Positions 1 through 9,362 of a stretch of 24,000 nt of DNA are shown here, piece by piece. The first letter of the stretch is position 1. Each line of letters begins with the position of its first letter. Under the pieces are notes generated by a model. It did not search any database. It saw only the letters and a program-made list of their open reading frames with translations, and was not told the DNA's origin. This DNA is from Nitrincola lacisaponensis (GTDB lineage: Bacteria > Pseudomonadota > Gammaproteobacteria > Pseudomonadales > Balneatricaceae), in NCBI RefSeq assembly GCF_000691225.1, contig NZ_JMSZ01000007.1, positions 124,846 to 148,845 of the forward strand, in the 5' to 3' direction. The position numbers and the translations under genes are program-made.

Positions 1-1010
1 TGAGGAGGGATGTCTGCACCATAGAGCCCAGCCAGGCTGGCCGAGACATCGGGCAGCAACAACGCCGCAATCCAGTAGCCCGCTATCAGACCCGGGATGG
101 CAATCAGACTGCTCAGCAACAGTAGTTCGGTCATGAGCCAGCCCAGTAACTGAACCTGGCTGACGCCGCAGGCATACAAAATACGCTTGAGTGCCAGGCG
201 TTGAGTCAGCGCCAGATGGACTGCTGAATAGACCATCATTAAACCCACCAAAAATGCCAGCAGGCTGAGGGCGGACAGGTTGAGATGAAAGCTGTCGGTC
301 AGGCGGGCAATATCCTGATCGCTCTCCGGGTCTATCCGACGTAGCTCTGCCTGCAGGCTTTCTGGCAAAGGGGTGTTGAAGTGGCTGTCCAGTAATAACA
401 GATGTGATAGTTGTTCAGGCTGCTGTAGCCAGTGCTGTGCCAGAGACAGGTCGGTAATTAATTCGTTATCCGCCAGGGTATTATTGATTCGCAGTTGGGG
501 TAGCTCGCCTTCAGGATTTCTGGGAAAACCCTGTATCGGTGGATTGTCCCAAAGAGGTTGCAGTTGTTCAGCACTGGCCGGTGATAGCCAGACCTCCCAG
601 GGTGGCGACAGGAACTGGCTGAGGGAGAAAGTAGAGGTAAAGGTATTCTGCTGTTGTGTCGATTGTTGCAGGGTAACAGGATCAAGGCCGATCAGAGTGA
701 TGACTTGTCCTGCAGGCAGGGTGATCTGTTCCTGTAGCATGGGTGTGACTGGCCAGCCGGCACGACGCAACTCGATATACTGCACCTGAGGTATCCAGAA
801 CTGTTGCTGATGTACCAGATAGGGCTGATTCAGGCGTTCAAGCTGAGAGCTGGCCTGATCGTAGCTATGGCGTGCCTGCTGGTTGAGTGCCTGTACACCA
901 CTCCAGAGTGCGGTTGCCGACAGCAGACCCAGTACCAGTGTCATTAATTGCAACGGATGACGCCGCCAGTGACTGAGCAGTGCGTGCAGTACCCAAAGAT
1001 TGGTGATCAC
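1..1010 (-). CDS. ABC transporter permease, FtsX/MacB-like (YbbP-type); 3' end runs off the window
   Basis: Open minus-strand frame from a GTG at 1010-1008 to the window edge. It is absent from the ORF track because it has no stop in the window. My translation begins [43 protein letters not shown] (N-terminal TM helix), followed by a long soluble loop and more hydrophobic segments, as in FtsX-domain permeases. The GTGA start/stop overlap with the upstream ATPase gene suggests translational coupling. Confidence 0.8.
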   Translation of the reverse strand, partial: MITNLWVLHALLSHWRRHPLQLMTLVLGLLSATALWSGVQALNQQARHSYDQASSQLERLNQPYLVHQQQFWIPQVQYIELRRAGWPVTPMLQEQITLPAGQVITLIGLDPVTLQQSTQQQNTFTSTFSLSQFLSPPWEVWLSPASAEQLQPLWDNPPIQGFPRNPEGELPQLRINNTLADNELITDLSLAQHWLQQPEQLSHLLLLDSHFNTPLPESLQAELRRIDPESDQDIARLTDSFHLNLSALSLLAFLVGLMMVYSAVHLALTQRLALKRILYACGVSQVQLLGWLMTELLLLSSLIAIPGLIAGYWIAALLLPDVSASLAGLYGADIPP

Positions 1011-1660
1011 GTCAGCTGGCCCTGATGTAGCGTCAAACAACGATCCATCCGTCGAGCCAGTCGCTGACTGTGGGTCACCATCAATAAGCTGGTACCGGTT
1101 TGCTGTACCAGTGTCAGTAACAGGTCCATGACCTGATCAGCATTCTGCTCATCCAGACTGCCGGTTGGCTCATCGGCCAGTAGCAGAGTGGGCCGCGCAG
1201 CCAGTGCCCGGCCAATTGCCACCCGCTGTTGCTGTCCACCGGAAAGCTGATGGGGGTAGCGTGGCAACAACTCAGTAAGACCCAGTGTCTCAATCAGTTG
1301 TGTCAGCCTGTCAGGTTGCAGACACTTGGCCAGCCGTGCCTGAAAGGCCAGGTTATCGTGCACTGTCAGACTCGGGATCAGATTCAGCTGCTGGAATATA
1401 ATGCCCAGCGCATGACGCCGCAATCGGGCTCGCTGGCTGTCGTTCATTGCCGTGACATCCTGCCCCGACAGGAGAATCTGTCCGGCATCTGCGTCTTCAA
1501 GACCTGCAATCAGATGTAACAGGGTTGATTTGCCGCAGCCAGACTCGCCCATGAGTGCTACACTTTCTCCCGAATGCACACTGAACTGCAGCCCCCGGAA
1601 AAGTTCGAGAGTGCCTTGAGGGGTCGAGTGGGACTTTGCCAGATTAGTGACCTTCAGCAT
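1007..1660 (-). CDS. ABC transporter ATP-binding protein (LolD/YbbA-like)
   Basis: Walker [10 protein letters not shown], signature LSGGQQQR, Walker [13 protein letters not shown] and H-loop VTHS. I prefer the ATG at 1660 ([10 protein letters not shown]...), which has AGGA about 8 nt upstream, over the ORF-track start at 1777, which adds a non-homologous 39-aa leader. Confidence 0.9.
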   Translation of the reverse strand: MLKVTNLAKSHSTPQGTLELFRGLQFSVHSGESVALMGESGCGKSTLLHLIAGLEDADAGQILLSGQDVTAMNDSQRARLRRHALGIIFQQLNLIPSLTVHDNLAFQARLAKCLQPDRLTQLIETLGLTELLPRYPHQLSGGQQQRVAIGRALAARPTLLLADEPTGSLDEQNADQVMDLLLTLVQQTGTSLLMVTHSQRLARRMDRCLTLHQGQLT

Positions 1661-1766
1661 GCTAATTCCTGTTCTGTCGCGGTGGTCAGGTGCGTTTTCA
1701 TTGGGAAAACTGTCTGGAAAGTATACAATTCTTTCTTTTATCGAGTTGAATCGCAAGAGGCATGAG

Positions 1767-2798
1767 ATGTCTGACAATCATGGATTGAAATGGCTATTGG
1801 GAATCGCAGGTGTTGTCGTGATTCTGGCCGGACTGAAAGCGGCTGAAGCCATTGTGATCCCGATTATGCTGGCATTGTTTATTGCCATTATCAGCACACC
1901 GTTTTTGCGTGGCTTGACGCGTCGGGGTGTCCCGTCTTATCTGGCAGTACTGTTGGTGCTGTCCGTGTTGATCGTCTTTGGTGGCGCGCTGGTAATGATT
2001 GTCAGCCAGTCAATCGATGCTTTCCTGACGCGCCTGCCGTTATATCAGAGTCGGTTGCAGACATTGATTGTCGATTGGTTGCCTTACCTGGAACGTTGGG
2101 ATATCCCGGTTAACCGGGATATGGTGATGACACACTTGAATCCGTCGCAGATGATGGGACTGGTTGGCAGCGCTCTTGCAGGCATAGGCTCACTGCTCAC
2201 CAATCTGTTTCTGGTGATTTTTATCGTCATCTTTATTCTGTTGGAAGAAGCGGGTTTCAGTGACAAGGTGAAAGCCGCCTTGCCCAATGCTGATAAATCG
2301 ATACGCGATGCCCAGGGGTTCATGAAACAGGTCAATCAGTATTTGATGATTAAAACCACCATCAGTTTTATTACCGGTGTCATGGTGACTCTGTGGCTTT
2401 GGTGGCTGGATGTTGACTTCCCGGTATTGTGGGGACTGATTGCGATGTTGATGAACTACATTCCTAATGTCGGTTCGTTGATCGCTGCTGTTCCGGCGGT
2501 GCTGCTGGCATTGGTGCAGCTTGGACTGGGTGATGCCATGCTGGTGGTGCTCGGTTATGTCATGATCAACGTATTGATGGGCAATCTGATCGAACCCCGC
2601 TTTATGGGACGAGGCCTGGGATTGTCTCCACTGGTGGTGTTTCTGTCGTTGATTTTATGGGGCTGGCTGTTTGGCCCTGTCGGCATGTTTCTGTCGATAC
2701 CGCTGACCATGATTGTCAAAATTGCACTGGAGCAGCATCCGGGTACTCGCTGGATTGCGATTCTGCTTGGCAATGATGTTCCCAAAACCACCGAATAA
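1767..2798 (+). CDS. AI-2E family transporter (PerM/YhhT/TqsA-like permease)
   Basis: Polytopic membrane protein with family-typical segments such as NYIPNVGSLIAAVP and LSPLVVFLSLILWGWLFGPVGMFLSIPLT. I prefer the ATG at 1767 (MSDNHGLKWLLG), preceded by AAGAGG at 1755-1760. The ORF-track start at 1647 would overlap the divergent ATPase gene. Confidence 0.85.
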   Translation: MSDNHGLKWLLGIAGVVVILAGLKAAEAIVIPIMLALFIAIISTPFLRGLTRRGVPSYLAVLLVLSVLIVFGGALVMIVSQSIDAFLTRLPLYQSRLQTLIVDWLPYLERWDIPVNRDMVMTHLNPSQMMGLVGSALAGIGSLLTNLFLVIFIVIFILLEEAGFSDKVKAALPNADKSIRDAQGFMKQVNQYLMIKTTISFITGVMVTLWLWWLDVDFPVLWGLIAMLMNYIPNVGSLIAAVPAVLLALVQLGLGDAMLVVLGYVMINVLMGNLIEPRFMGRGLGLSPLVVFLSLILWGWLFGPVGMFLSIPLTMIVKIALEQHPGTRWIAILLGNDVPKTTE

Positions 2799-2820
2799 TT
2801 CTTTGAATACATAGGCATTT

Positions 2821-4323
2821 ATGCTCAGTACCGCACGTACACTGTTATCTCTTTATGTCAGCTATGGGTTATTGGTTCTGTCCAATGGCCTGTTTACCAC
2901 CCTGACCAGCCTTCGCGCCGATCTGGAGGGCTTTGCTGTACAGACAGTGGGTCTGATTATGGCAGGCTACTTTCTGGGGATGTTCCTCGGCGCACGTTAT
3001 ACCTCCAAAGTGATTCAGCGTGGTGGTCATATCCGTGCCTTTGCCGCCTTTGCGTCCTTTATGTCCTTGTCTCCCCTGATGCATGTGCTGTTTATCGATC
3101 CCTGGGTATGGGCGGTACTGCGACTGATTGATGGTTTCTGTCTGGCGGGTTTGTTTATCATCACGGAAAGCTGGCTGAATGCCCGCTCTGATAATAAAAC
3201 CCGTGGCAGTATTCTGGCCATCTATATGGTGGTTAACTATCTGGCATCCGGGTTGGGGCAGTTGTTTCTGCTGTTTGCTTCGCCAGACACCTTTGAAGCC
3301 TTTGCGGTCGCATCGATCTGTTTTTCCTTGTCACTCATGCCATTGATGATGACCCGTACCGAGGCTCCAGTACCACATCCGGTGACGGGCTTCAGTATCA
3401 AGCCGCTGTTGAAAGTGGCACCAGCAGGATTCTTTGGTGCTGTCTGTGCCGGTTCTGTCGGAGCTGCGTTTTTCTCCATGGCACCCATTTACGCGCAGAA
3501 TCTCAATTACAGTGTTCAGGAAATCTCGCTGTTTATGATGGCCGGGGTGTTTTCCGGGCTGGTGTTACAGGTGCCACTGGGCAAACTGTCGGACCGTATA
3601 GAGCGGCGTAAAGTGCTCGCAGGTGTCTGTTTCGGCGCCTTGCTGTTCAGTACGTTGATGGTAGTGCAGAGCTTCTTCAGCCTGCCTTTCTATTGGTTGC
3701 TCTTGAATGTGTTCTGCTATGGCTCTCTGGCATTTGTGATCTATCCACTGTCTGCTGCGCATGTGAATGACTGGAGTGAACCGGATCAGTTAATGCAGAC
3801 CTCGTCCGGGTTGATTATCGGTTATGGTAGTGGTGCTATTTTTGGTCCGTTGCTGAGTTCATCACTGATGTCCTGGCTGGGACCGGCAGCGCTGTTTGGG
3901 TATATTGCAGTCAACCTGGCGGTGATGATGATGTATGCCCTGTACCAGTCCCGTGTGGCTGGCTTGCAGCGTGAGAAAATGGAATTTGTACCGCAGCCTG
4001 CGGTGCAGTTCCCAACGGACGAGCTCTATACTGCGGCTCAGGATGATCTGACCCCTGTTCCTGAGGAGCTGTATGTGAGTGAAGCTCTGGACAGTGGTCA
4101 GAACGAGCTGGATGGTAGTTCTGCTCTGGTACCGGATATCCCCAGCGAAGCGTCTCTGGAGGAAGATCTACCGCTGGCGTCAGCGCTGGTGACAGAAGAG
4201 GTCAGCGAATCTGAGCAGGAGGAGGCGGCTGTCACGACAGAATCTCTGATTGAAGCCTGGGAACAGGAAAAATTGGCGGACACTGATCAGGTGCCGCCAC
4301 GTGAACAACCTTCTTCCACTTAG
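2821..4323 (+). CDS. MFS transporter, YcaD-like, with an acidic C-terminal tail of about 125 aa
   Basis: About 12 predicted TM helices. The segment LRLIDGFCLAGLFIITESWLNARSDNKTRGSILAIYMVVNYLASGLGQLFL matches by eye the E. coli YcaD region [36 protein letters not shown]. The C-terminus from about Q376 is E/D/S-rich and non-hydrophobic. Confidence 0.85.
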   Translation: MLSTARTLLSLYVSYGLLVLSNGLFTTLTSLRADLEGFAVQTVGLIMAGYFLGMFLGARYTSKVIQRGGHIRAFAAFASFMSLSPLMHVLFIDPWVWAVLRLIDGFCLAGLFIITESWLNARSDNKTRGSILAIYMVVNYLASGLGQLFLLFASPDTFEAFAVASICFSLSLMPLMMTRTEAPVPHPVTGFSIKPLLKVAPAGFFGAVCAGSVGAAFFSMAPIYAQNLNYSVQEISLFMMAGVFSGLVLQVPLGKLSDRIERRKVLAGVCFGALLFSTLMVVQSFFSLPFYWLLLNVFCYGSLAFVIYPLSAAHVNDWSEPDQLMQTSSGLIIGYGSGAIFGPLLSSSLMSWLGPAALFGYIAVNLAVMMMYALYQSRVAGLQREKMEFVPQPAVQFPTDELYTAAQDDLTPVPEELYVSEALDSGQNELDGSSALVPDIPSEASLEEDLPLASALVTEEVSESEQEEAAVTTESLIEAWEQEKLADTDQVPPREQPSST

Positions 4324-4338
4324 ACTTTACAGCCGGAT

Positions 4339-5283
4339 TCAGCGCTGAATCAGAGGCGGCAGTTGGCGTGCAATATCCACCAGTTGTTCTCGCACCCAGG
4401 CCATGCGTGGGTCATGGTGATGACGGCTGTGCCAGTAAAAGAAAAATCTGACCGGGGGTTGTTGCAATTCAACCGGCAAGGGTTGCAGCAGTAAAGCCCG
4501 CCCGGCGGCGATACGCTCAGCCAATCGTTGTGGCAGGGTGAACAACAGGTCGGTGTGTTCACAGTAATCTGCAACCGACATAAAGCTGCTGAGTCGCAGC
4601 ATCACCTCACGCTTTAATCCCACATTTTCCAGGACCTGATCCATATACCCTGGACCACGACCGGTGATAGAGACCAGACCATGTGCTGCTGCGGCAAAGC
4701 TTTCAGGCGTCAGAGCCTGGTTGGCCAGTGGGTGATTCGCTGACATCAGACACACGGCTGGCATCTGATCCAACTGGATACGATGGAGTGAACCGACAGA
4801 AACTTTTGGTTCCAGACCGCTCAGGCTGAAGTGCACCTCGTTGCGGTCCAGCATGGCAAAACTGTCATCTTCCTGCCGCAGAATTTCCAGACGCATACCC
4901 GGTGCCTGGTGTCGCATGCGCTGCATCAGTTGCGGCAGATACAGGGTTAATTCAAGATCCAGCCCTGTGACTTTAATTACGCCTCTGTCTGCGCGAGGAT
5001 CGAAGACCGGCTTTTGCACCAGAAACTCCAGTGAATTCAGAATTTCTGTCAGCTCTGGTTGTATCTGCATAGCCCGTGCGCTGAGGTCATATCCCTGAGC
5101 GGTGCGGACCAGCAGTGGATCATTGAAAACCTGGCGTAAACGGGCCAGCGCCCGACTCATGGCGGGCTGACTTAGCCCCAGACTTTGGGCTGCCCGGCTG
5201 ACATGGCGTTCACTGAGTAGCCGGTCCAGTAACAGCAGAAGATTCAGATCGAGCTTATCTATATTCATTTCACGCATAGTCAT
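4339..5283 (-). CDS. LysR-family transcriptional regulator
   Basis: N-terminal winged HTH (LNLLLLLDRLLSERHVSRAAQSLGLSQPAMSRALARLR) followed by a LysR substrate-binding domain. It is divergent from the cytochrome b561-yceI pair. The start could also be M6 at 5268. Confidence 0.9.
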   Translation of the reverse strand: MTMREMNIDKLDLNLLLLLDRLLSERHVSRAAQSLGLSQPAMSRALARLRQVFNDPLLVRTAQGYDLSARAMQIQPELTEILNSLEFLVQKPVFDPRADRGVIKVTGLDLELTLYLPQLMQRMRHQAPGMRLEILRQEDDSFAMLDRNEVHFSLSGLEPKVSVGSLHRIQLDQMPAVCLMSANHPLANQALTPESFAAAAHGLVSITGRGPGYMDQVLENVGLKREVMLRLSSFMSVADYCEHTDLLFTLPQRLAERIAAGRALLLQPLPVELQQPPVRFFFYWHSRHHHDPRMAWVREQLVDIARQLPPLIQR

Positions 5284-5291
5284 TATCTATT

Positions 5292-5301
5292 TAATGCATT
5301 A
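5292..5301. promoter_or_regulatory. Perfect 10-bp palindrome TAATGCATTA in the LysR/cytochrome b561 divergent intergenic region; candidate LysR box
   Basis: TAATGCATTA is its own reverse complement. It lies inside TTAATGCATTAGA, which fits the generic T-N11-A LysR motif, and it sits in the 71-bp divergent promoter region. Confidence 0.3.
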
Positions 5302-5354
5302 GACGAATATAGGTGGGATGGTTAAGATTAGCAAGATTAACAGGAGGGAAGTCA

Positions 5355-5939
5355 ATGCGCGTTATACGTCAATTCAGAAACAGCCGCTCAACCTATGGGT
5401 GGGGTAGCATTGTGTTGCACTGGCTGGTCGCATTGACGGTATTGGGCATGTACCCGCTGGGACTCTATATTGTATCGCTGGGCTATTATGATCCGGGTTA
5501 CCGTATTTATCCTGATTGGCACCGGAGCATCGGTGTTCTGTTACTGATGTTGCTGTGTGTACGACTGATCTGGAAGGCGTTGAATCCACGCCCGGAGGCC
5601 GTGACCGGAACCCGGCCCTGGGAGCGCGTTGCCGCCCACCTGGGTCATTGGGGGCTGTATCTGCTGTTGCTGGTCGTGCTCGCGTCGGGGTATCTGTTTT
5701 CTACAGCCGATGGCCGCAGTATCCAAGTGTTCAGCCTGTTCAGTCTTCCCGCGATTCCCGGTTTGGCATTACGTCAGGAAGAGCTGGCGGCCGAAATTCA
5801 TTTTTATTCAGCTACCTTACTGATGCTGCTAACCGCAGTGCATCTGCTGGCAGCCTTGAAACACCACTTTATCAACAAAGACGCAACGCTCACACGTATG
5901 TTGGGCCTAGACTCGGAGAAATTGAATGAGCATCACTAA
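5355..5939 (+). CDS. Cytochrome b561 (CybB family, di-haem membrane cytochrome)
   Basis: Four TM helices with conserved His residues (HWLVAL..., HRSIGV..., HLGHWGLYLLL..., EIHFYSATLLMLLTAVHLLAALKHHF). The ATG at 5355 is preceded by AGGAGGG at 5342-5348. The ORF-track start at 5313 is probably too early. Confidence 0.85.
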   Translation: MRVIRQFRNSRSTYGWGSIVLHWLVALTVLGMYPLGLYIVSLGYYDPGYRIYPDWHRSIGVLLLMLLCVRLIWKALNPRPEAVTGTRPWERVAAHLGHWGLYLLLLVVLASGYLFSTADGRSIQVFSLFSLPAIPGLALRQEELAAEIHFYSATLLMLLTAVHLLAALKHHFINKDATLTRMLGLDSEKLNEHH

Positions 5940-6501
5940 ACTGAAACCTCTGGCACTGGCAGGTGCCTTGTTCGCCAGCCCACTGTTTGCGGCTGATTAC
6001 CTGATTGATACTCAGGGTGCACATGCATCGATTAACTTTAAAATTGACCACCTGGGTGTCAGCTATGTTGTGGGTCGTTTTAACGATTTCCAGGGTACCT
6101 TCAGCTATGATGCGGACAATCTGGAGGCGACTCAGGTTGAAGTGCAGGTCAATATGAGTTCGATTGACAGCAACCATGCTGAGCGTGATCGCCATGTGCG
6201 CAGCAGTGATTTCCTGAATGTCAGTCAGCATGCTCAGGCACATTTTGTCAGCACGGCGTATGAAGATCTGGGTGATGGAAAAGGCACTCTGATTGGTGAT
6301 CTGACCTGGTTTGGACAAACTCAACCGATTGAAATTGCCGTTGAAAAAGTCGGTGAGGGTTCTGATCCCTGGGGTGGCTACCGTGCAGGTTTTACCGGTA
6401 CAGCCGAGCTGAATCTGCCTGATTTTGGTGCCCAGTTCAATTTGGGACCTGCGGCTGAAACCGTTTACCTGGATCTGGTGATTGAGGGTATTCGTCAGTA
6501 A
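5926..6501 (+). CDS. yceI: YceI-family periplasmic (polyisoprenoid-binding) protein
   Basis: Sec signal MSITKLKPLALAGALFASPLFA|ADY. YceI-like core: HASINFKIDHLGVSYVVGRFNDFQGTF and ERDRHVRSSDFLNV. It overlaps the cytochrome b561 gene by 14 nt, which is the classic cybB-yceI pairing. Confidence 0.9.
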   Translation: MSITKLKPLALAGALFASPLFAADYLIDTQGAHASINFKIDHLGVSYVVGRFNDFQGTFSYDADNLEATQVEVQVNMSSIDSNHAERDRHVRSSDFLNVSQHAQAHFVSTAYEDLGDGKGTLIGDLTWFGQTQPIEIAVEKVGEGSDPWGGYRAGFTGTAELNLPDFGAQFNLGPAAETVYLDLVIEGIRQ

Positions 6502-6509
6502 TTCTGACC

Positions 6510-6537
6510 CTTGCCCGGCTGGATTCAGCCGGGCAAG
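6510..6537. terminator. Hairpin between convergent genes (yceI and the P-type ATPase), likely a bidirectional terminator
   Basis: Perfect 12-bp stem CTTGCCCGGCTG / CAGCCGGGCAAG with a 4-nt loop GATT. It lies between the yceI stop (6501) and the ATPase stop (6547). Neither side has a strong U-tract. Confidence 0.6.
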
Positions 6538-6546
6538 CATCCATGT

Positions 6547-9267
6547 TTATCCCTTCCGTTTACGCCACACGGCTTTCTCTGCTTCTACCAGTAACAGTAC
6601 CACGACACCATAACCCAACATCAGTAACCACTGGTTCAGGCTCAGGGGAGCACTGTGGAACAGGGTGTTCATGACGGGTGTGTAGATAAACAGCAGTTGA
6701 GCGATCAGCATGGCACTGACGCCTCCCCAGATCCAGGGATTGGAGTTAAACGGTGTACTGAAAATACTGCTGGTCAGTGAGCGGCAGTTGAACAGGAAGA
6801 AGCTCTGAACCACCACGAACAGGGTAACCGCCAGCGTTCTGGACTCCTCGATACTGGCACCCTGCAGCTGTGACCACTGGAACAGGCCAAAAGCACCGAT
6901 CAGCAACAGTGTACTGACAGACAAAATCCGGCCAATCATTTCAGCGGACAGAATCGGTGAGTCAGGTTCACGCGGTGCACGGGACATGATACCCGCTTCA
7001 CGTGGTTCAAAGGCCAGCATAAGCCCCAGAAAGACAGCTGTTGTCATGTTCAGCCAAAGTGCCTGGACAGGCAGTACCGGCAGGGTGATGCCGAACAGAA
7101 TGGCGACCATGATCACCAGGCCCTGACCCATATTGGTCGGGAGTATCCAGGTGATAAACTTGATCAGATTGTCGAAAACATTTCGACCCTCTTCAACCGC
7201 AGCTTCAATGGACGAGAAGTTGTCGTCGGTGAGTACCATGTCGGCCGCTTCCTTGGACACCTCTGTGCCACTGATACCCATGGCAATACCGATATCGGCC
7301 TGTTTCAGGGCGGGTGCATCATTGACACCATCACCTGTCATGGCGACAACATGGCTGCGACTTTGCAGTGCCGTCACCAGCTTCAGCTTCTGCTCCGGTG
7401 CGACCCGGGCAAAGACCGATACCCTGTCTGCCACTTCCGTAAGAGCTGTGTCGCTCAGTTCACTGAGTTCACGACCTGTCAGGGCCTCAAGATCGTCTGT
7501 CTGCTGTCCCGGATTATTCTGCAAGCCGATCTGAGAGGCGATTGCCCGTGCTGTCAGTGCATGATCACCGGTGATCATTTTGACCCGTACCCCGGCTTTC
7601 TGGCAGGTTGCGACAGCTTTGATTGCTTCTGCCCTGGGAGGGTCAATCATCGCCTGGAGTCCGACAAAAATCATCGATTGTTCTGGCTCTCGGGCATTGA
7701 AGGGGGCCAGGGTGTTTTCTGTCTGCTCCACGGGCTGCATGGCAAAGGCCAGTACACGCATCCCCTGACCGGCAAACTCATGCACACGTGCTTCTATGGC
7801 ATCCTGGGCCAGTGCTTCAGTGTCGCCATCAGCTGTCAACTGTGAGGTACAGCGTGCCAGTACCTGCTCGACTGAACCTTTCAGATAGATCAGGTTGTGT
7901 TGAGCATCCAGACGGTGCAAAGTTGCCATATACTGACGGTCTGATTCAAAGGCGATCGTATCGATACGCTTGAATTCGGCTTCACACTGTTTGAGTTCAT
8001 AGCCTGCTTTCATTGCAGCGGCAATCAGTGCGCCTTCAGTGGGGTCGCCTTCAACGGTCCAGCGCCCATCCTGCTCTTTCAGGCGAGAGTCATTACTGAT
8101 CAGGCCCGAAACCAACAAGTGATGCAGTGCTGCATTGTCTGACAGGCTGACAGAGTTGCCCTGCTGGCGAATATCCCCTTCCGGCTGATATCCACTGCCA
8201 CTGACATCATAGCTGTGGGAACCTGCGAGCAGCTTTTGTACCGTCATCTGGTTTTCGGTCAGCGTACCGGTTTTATCCGAGCAGATCACGGTGGTGGAGC
8301 CGAGGGTTTCGACGGCTGACAGTTTGCGGATAATTGCATGACGTGACGCCATGCGTCGCACGCCGATGGCCAGGGTGATGGTGACGACTGCCGGCAGCCC
8401 TTCAGGAATCGCGGCAACCGCCAGGGCAACGGCGGCCATAAAGGTTTCACTGGCGGGCATGCCATACAGCAATCCGACACCGAAAGTGACCGCAGCCAGG
8501 GCCAGAATGACCCATAAAAGCAGCTTGCTGAAAGCATGAATCTTGCGAGTCAGTGGCGTTTCCAGTGCTTTGGCTTCGGAGATCATGTGGGCTATTTTGC
8601 CGGTTTCGGTCTGGTCACCAATACTGGTCACTATCCCTTTGCCAGCACCATAGGTGACCAATGTGCCTGCAAAGGCCATATTGTTACGGTCTGCCAGTAC
8701 AGTATCAGCGGCCAGCAACTGCAGATGCTTTTCTGAGGATACCGACTCGCCAGTCAGTGCCGATTCATCGACCTGCATATCGCGGCATTCCAGCAGACGC
8801 ATATCGGCAGGGACTTTATCGCCTGATGCGAGAAAGACGATATCACCGGGTACCAGTTCAGTGGCTGGTAGAGTCTTTTTCTCTCCATCACGTAGTACGG
8901 TGGCGCTGGATGACAGCATTTTCTTCAGCGAGTTGATCGCTTCTTCGGCTTTGGACTCCTGAATATAACCAATAATGGCATTGATCAGGACCACTGCGAG
9001 AATCACGCCGGCATCGACATATTCACGCAGGAAAAAGGTGACCAGGGTAGCGCAGAGCAGGATATAGATCAGTGGATTGTGAAATTGCAGTAACAGGCGC
9101 TTCCAGGCGGGAACCGGTTGCTGGCCTGTAATGCTGTTGGGGCCAAAATGGACCTGGCGTTGTTGAGCAGAGCTACTGGTGAGTCCCTCGGTTTGGTGGC
9201 TGTCGAGAGACCCGATAACATCCTGTGGTTCAAGATGGTGCCAGGCTTTATTTGTCTGCAACTGCAT
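6547..9267 (-). CDS. Cation-transporting P-type ATPase, P2 (SERCA/PMCA-like) class
   Basis: Motifs present: TGES, the phosphorylation site CSDKTGTLT, MITGDH, TGDGVNDAPALKQADIG and TM4 AIPEGLPAVVT. The ATG at 9267 is preceded by AGGGGA. Total length 906 aa with about 10 TM helices. Confidence 0.9.
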   Translation of the reverse strand: MQLQTNKAWHHLEPQDVIGSLDSHQTEGLTSSSAQQRQVHFGPNSITGQQPVPAWKRLLLQFHNPLIYILLCATLVTFFLREYVDAGVILAVVLINAIIGYIQESKAEEAINSLKKMLSSSATVLRDGEKKTLPATELVPGDIVFLASGDKVPADMRLLECRDMQVDESALTGESVSSEKHLQLLAADTVLADRNNMAFAGTLVTYGAGKGIVTSIGDQTETGKIAHMISEAKALETPLTRKIHAFSKLLLWVILALAAVTFGVGLLYGMPASETFMAAVALAVAAIPEGLPAVVTITLAIGVRRMASRHAIIRKLSAVETLGSTTVICSDKTGTLTENQMTVQKLLAGSHSYDVSGSGYQPEGDIRQQGNSVSLSDNAALHHLLVSGLISNDSRLKEQDGRWTVEGDPTEGALIAAAMKAGYELKQCEAEFKRIDTIAFESDRQYMATLHRLDAQHNLIYLKGSVEQVLARCTSQLTADGDTEALAQDAIEARVHEFAGQGMRVLAFAMQPVEQTENTLAPFNAREPEQSMIFVGLQAMIDPPRAEAIKAVATCQKAGVRVKMITGDHALTARAIASQIGLQNNPGQQTDDLEALTGRELSELSDTALTEVADRVSVFARVAPEQKLKLVTALQSRSHVVAMTGDGVNDAPALKQADIGIAMGISGTEVSKEAADMVLTDDNFSSIEAAVEEGRNVFDNLIKFITWILPTNMGQGLVIMVAILFGITLPVLPVQALWLNMTTAVFLGLMLAFEPREAGIMSRAPREPDSPILSAEMIGRILSVSTLLLIGAFGLFQWSQLQGASIEESRTLAVTLFVVVQSFFLFNCRSLTSSIFSTPFNSNPWIWGGVSAMLIAQLLFIYTPVMNTLFHSAPLSLNQWLLMLGYGVVVLLLVEAEKAVWRKRKG

Positions 9268-9308
9268 GCTAATCCCCTGATTCTGTTCGTCAGGGTATAC
9301 CCTAGCAC

Positions 9309-9362
9309 AAAAAAAAACGGAACGTCATATGGGCTCTTTGACCCGTATCAACATTCCGTTTT
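9309..9362 (-). terminator. Rho-independent terminator downstream of the 95-aa ORF and immediately upstream of the ATPase
   Basis: Minus strand reads AAAACGGAATGT-(25 nt loop)-ACGTTCCG followed by nine T. The single imperfect stem position is a G-U wobble on the minus transcript but a C-A mismatch on the plus transcript, which favours minus-strand function. Confidence 0.55.

Noticed and set aside
373-789. 138-aa plus-strand ORF (with the 458-685 minus ORF)
   Set aside because: It lies wholly inside and antisense to, or out of frame with, the FtsX-like permease frame, which has convincing membrane-protein character. Its Cys/Ser/Arg-rich composition is typical of a shadow ORF.
4336-4351. 16-bp perfect palindrome GATTCAGCGCTGAATC at the MFS/LysR convergent junction
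   Set aside because: It overlaps the LysR stop codon and would form only a 6-bp stem with a 4-nt loop and no U-tract. It may help termination, but support is too weak to annotate as a terminator.
5890-6540. 216-aa minus-strand ORF
   Set aside because: It is completely antisense to the well-supported yceI gene, with no recognisable motifs or Shine-Dalgarno sequence. It is a shadow ORF.
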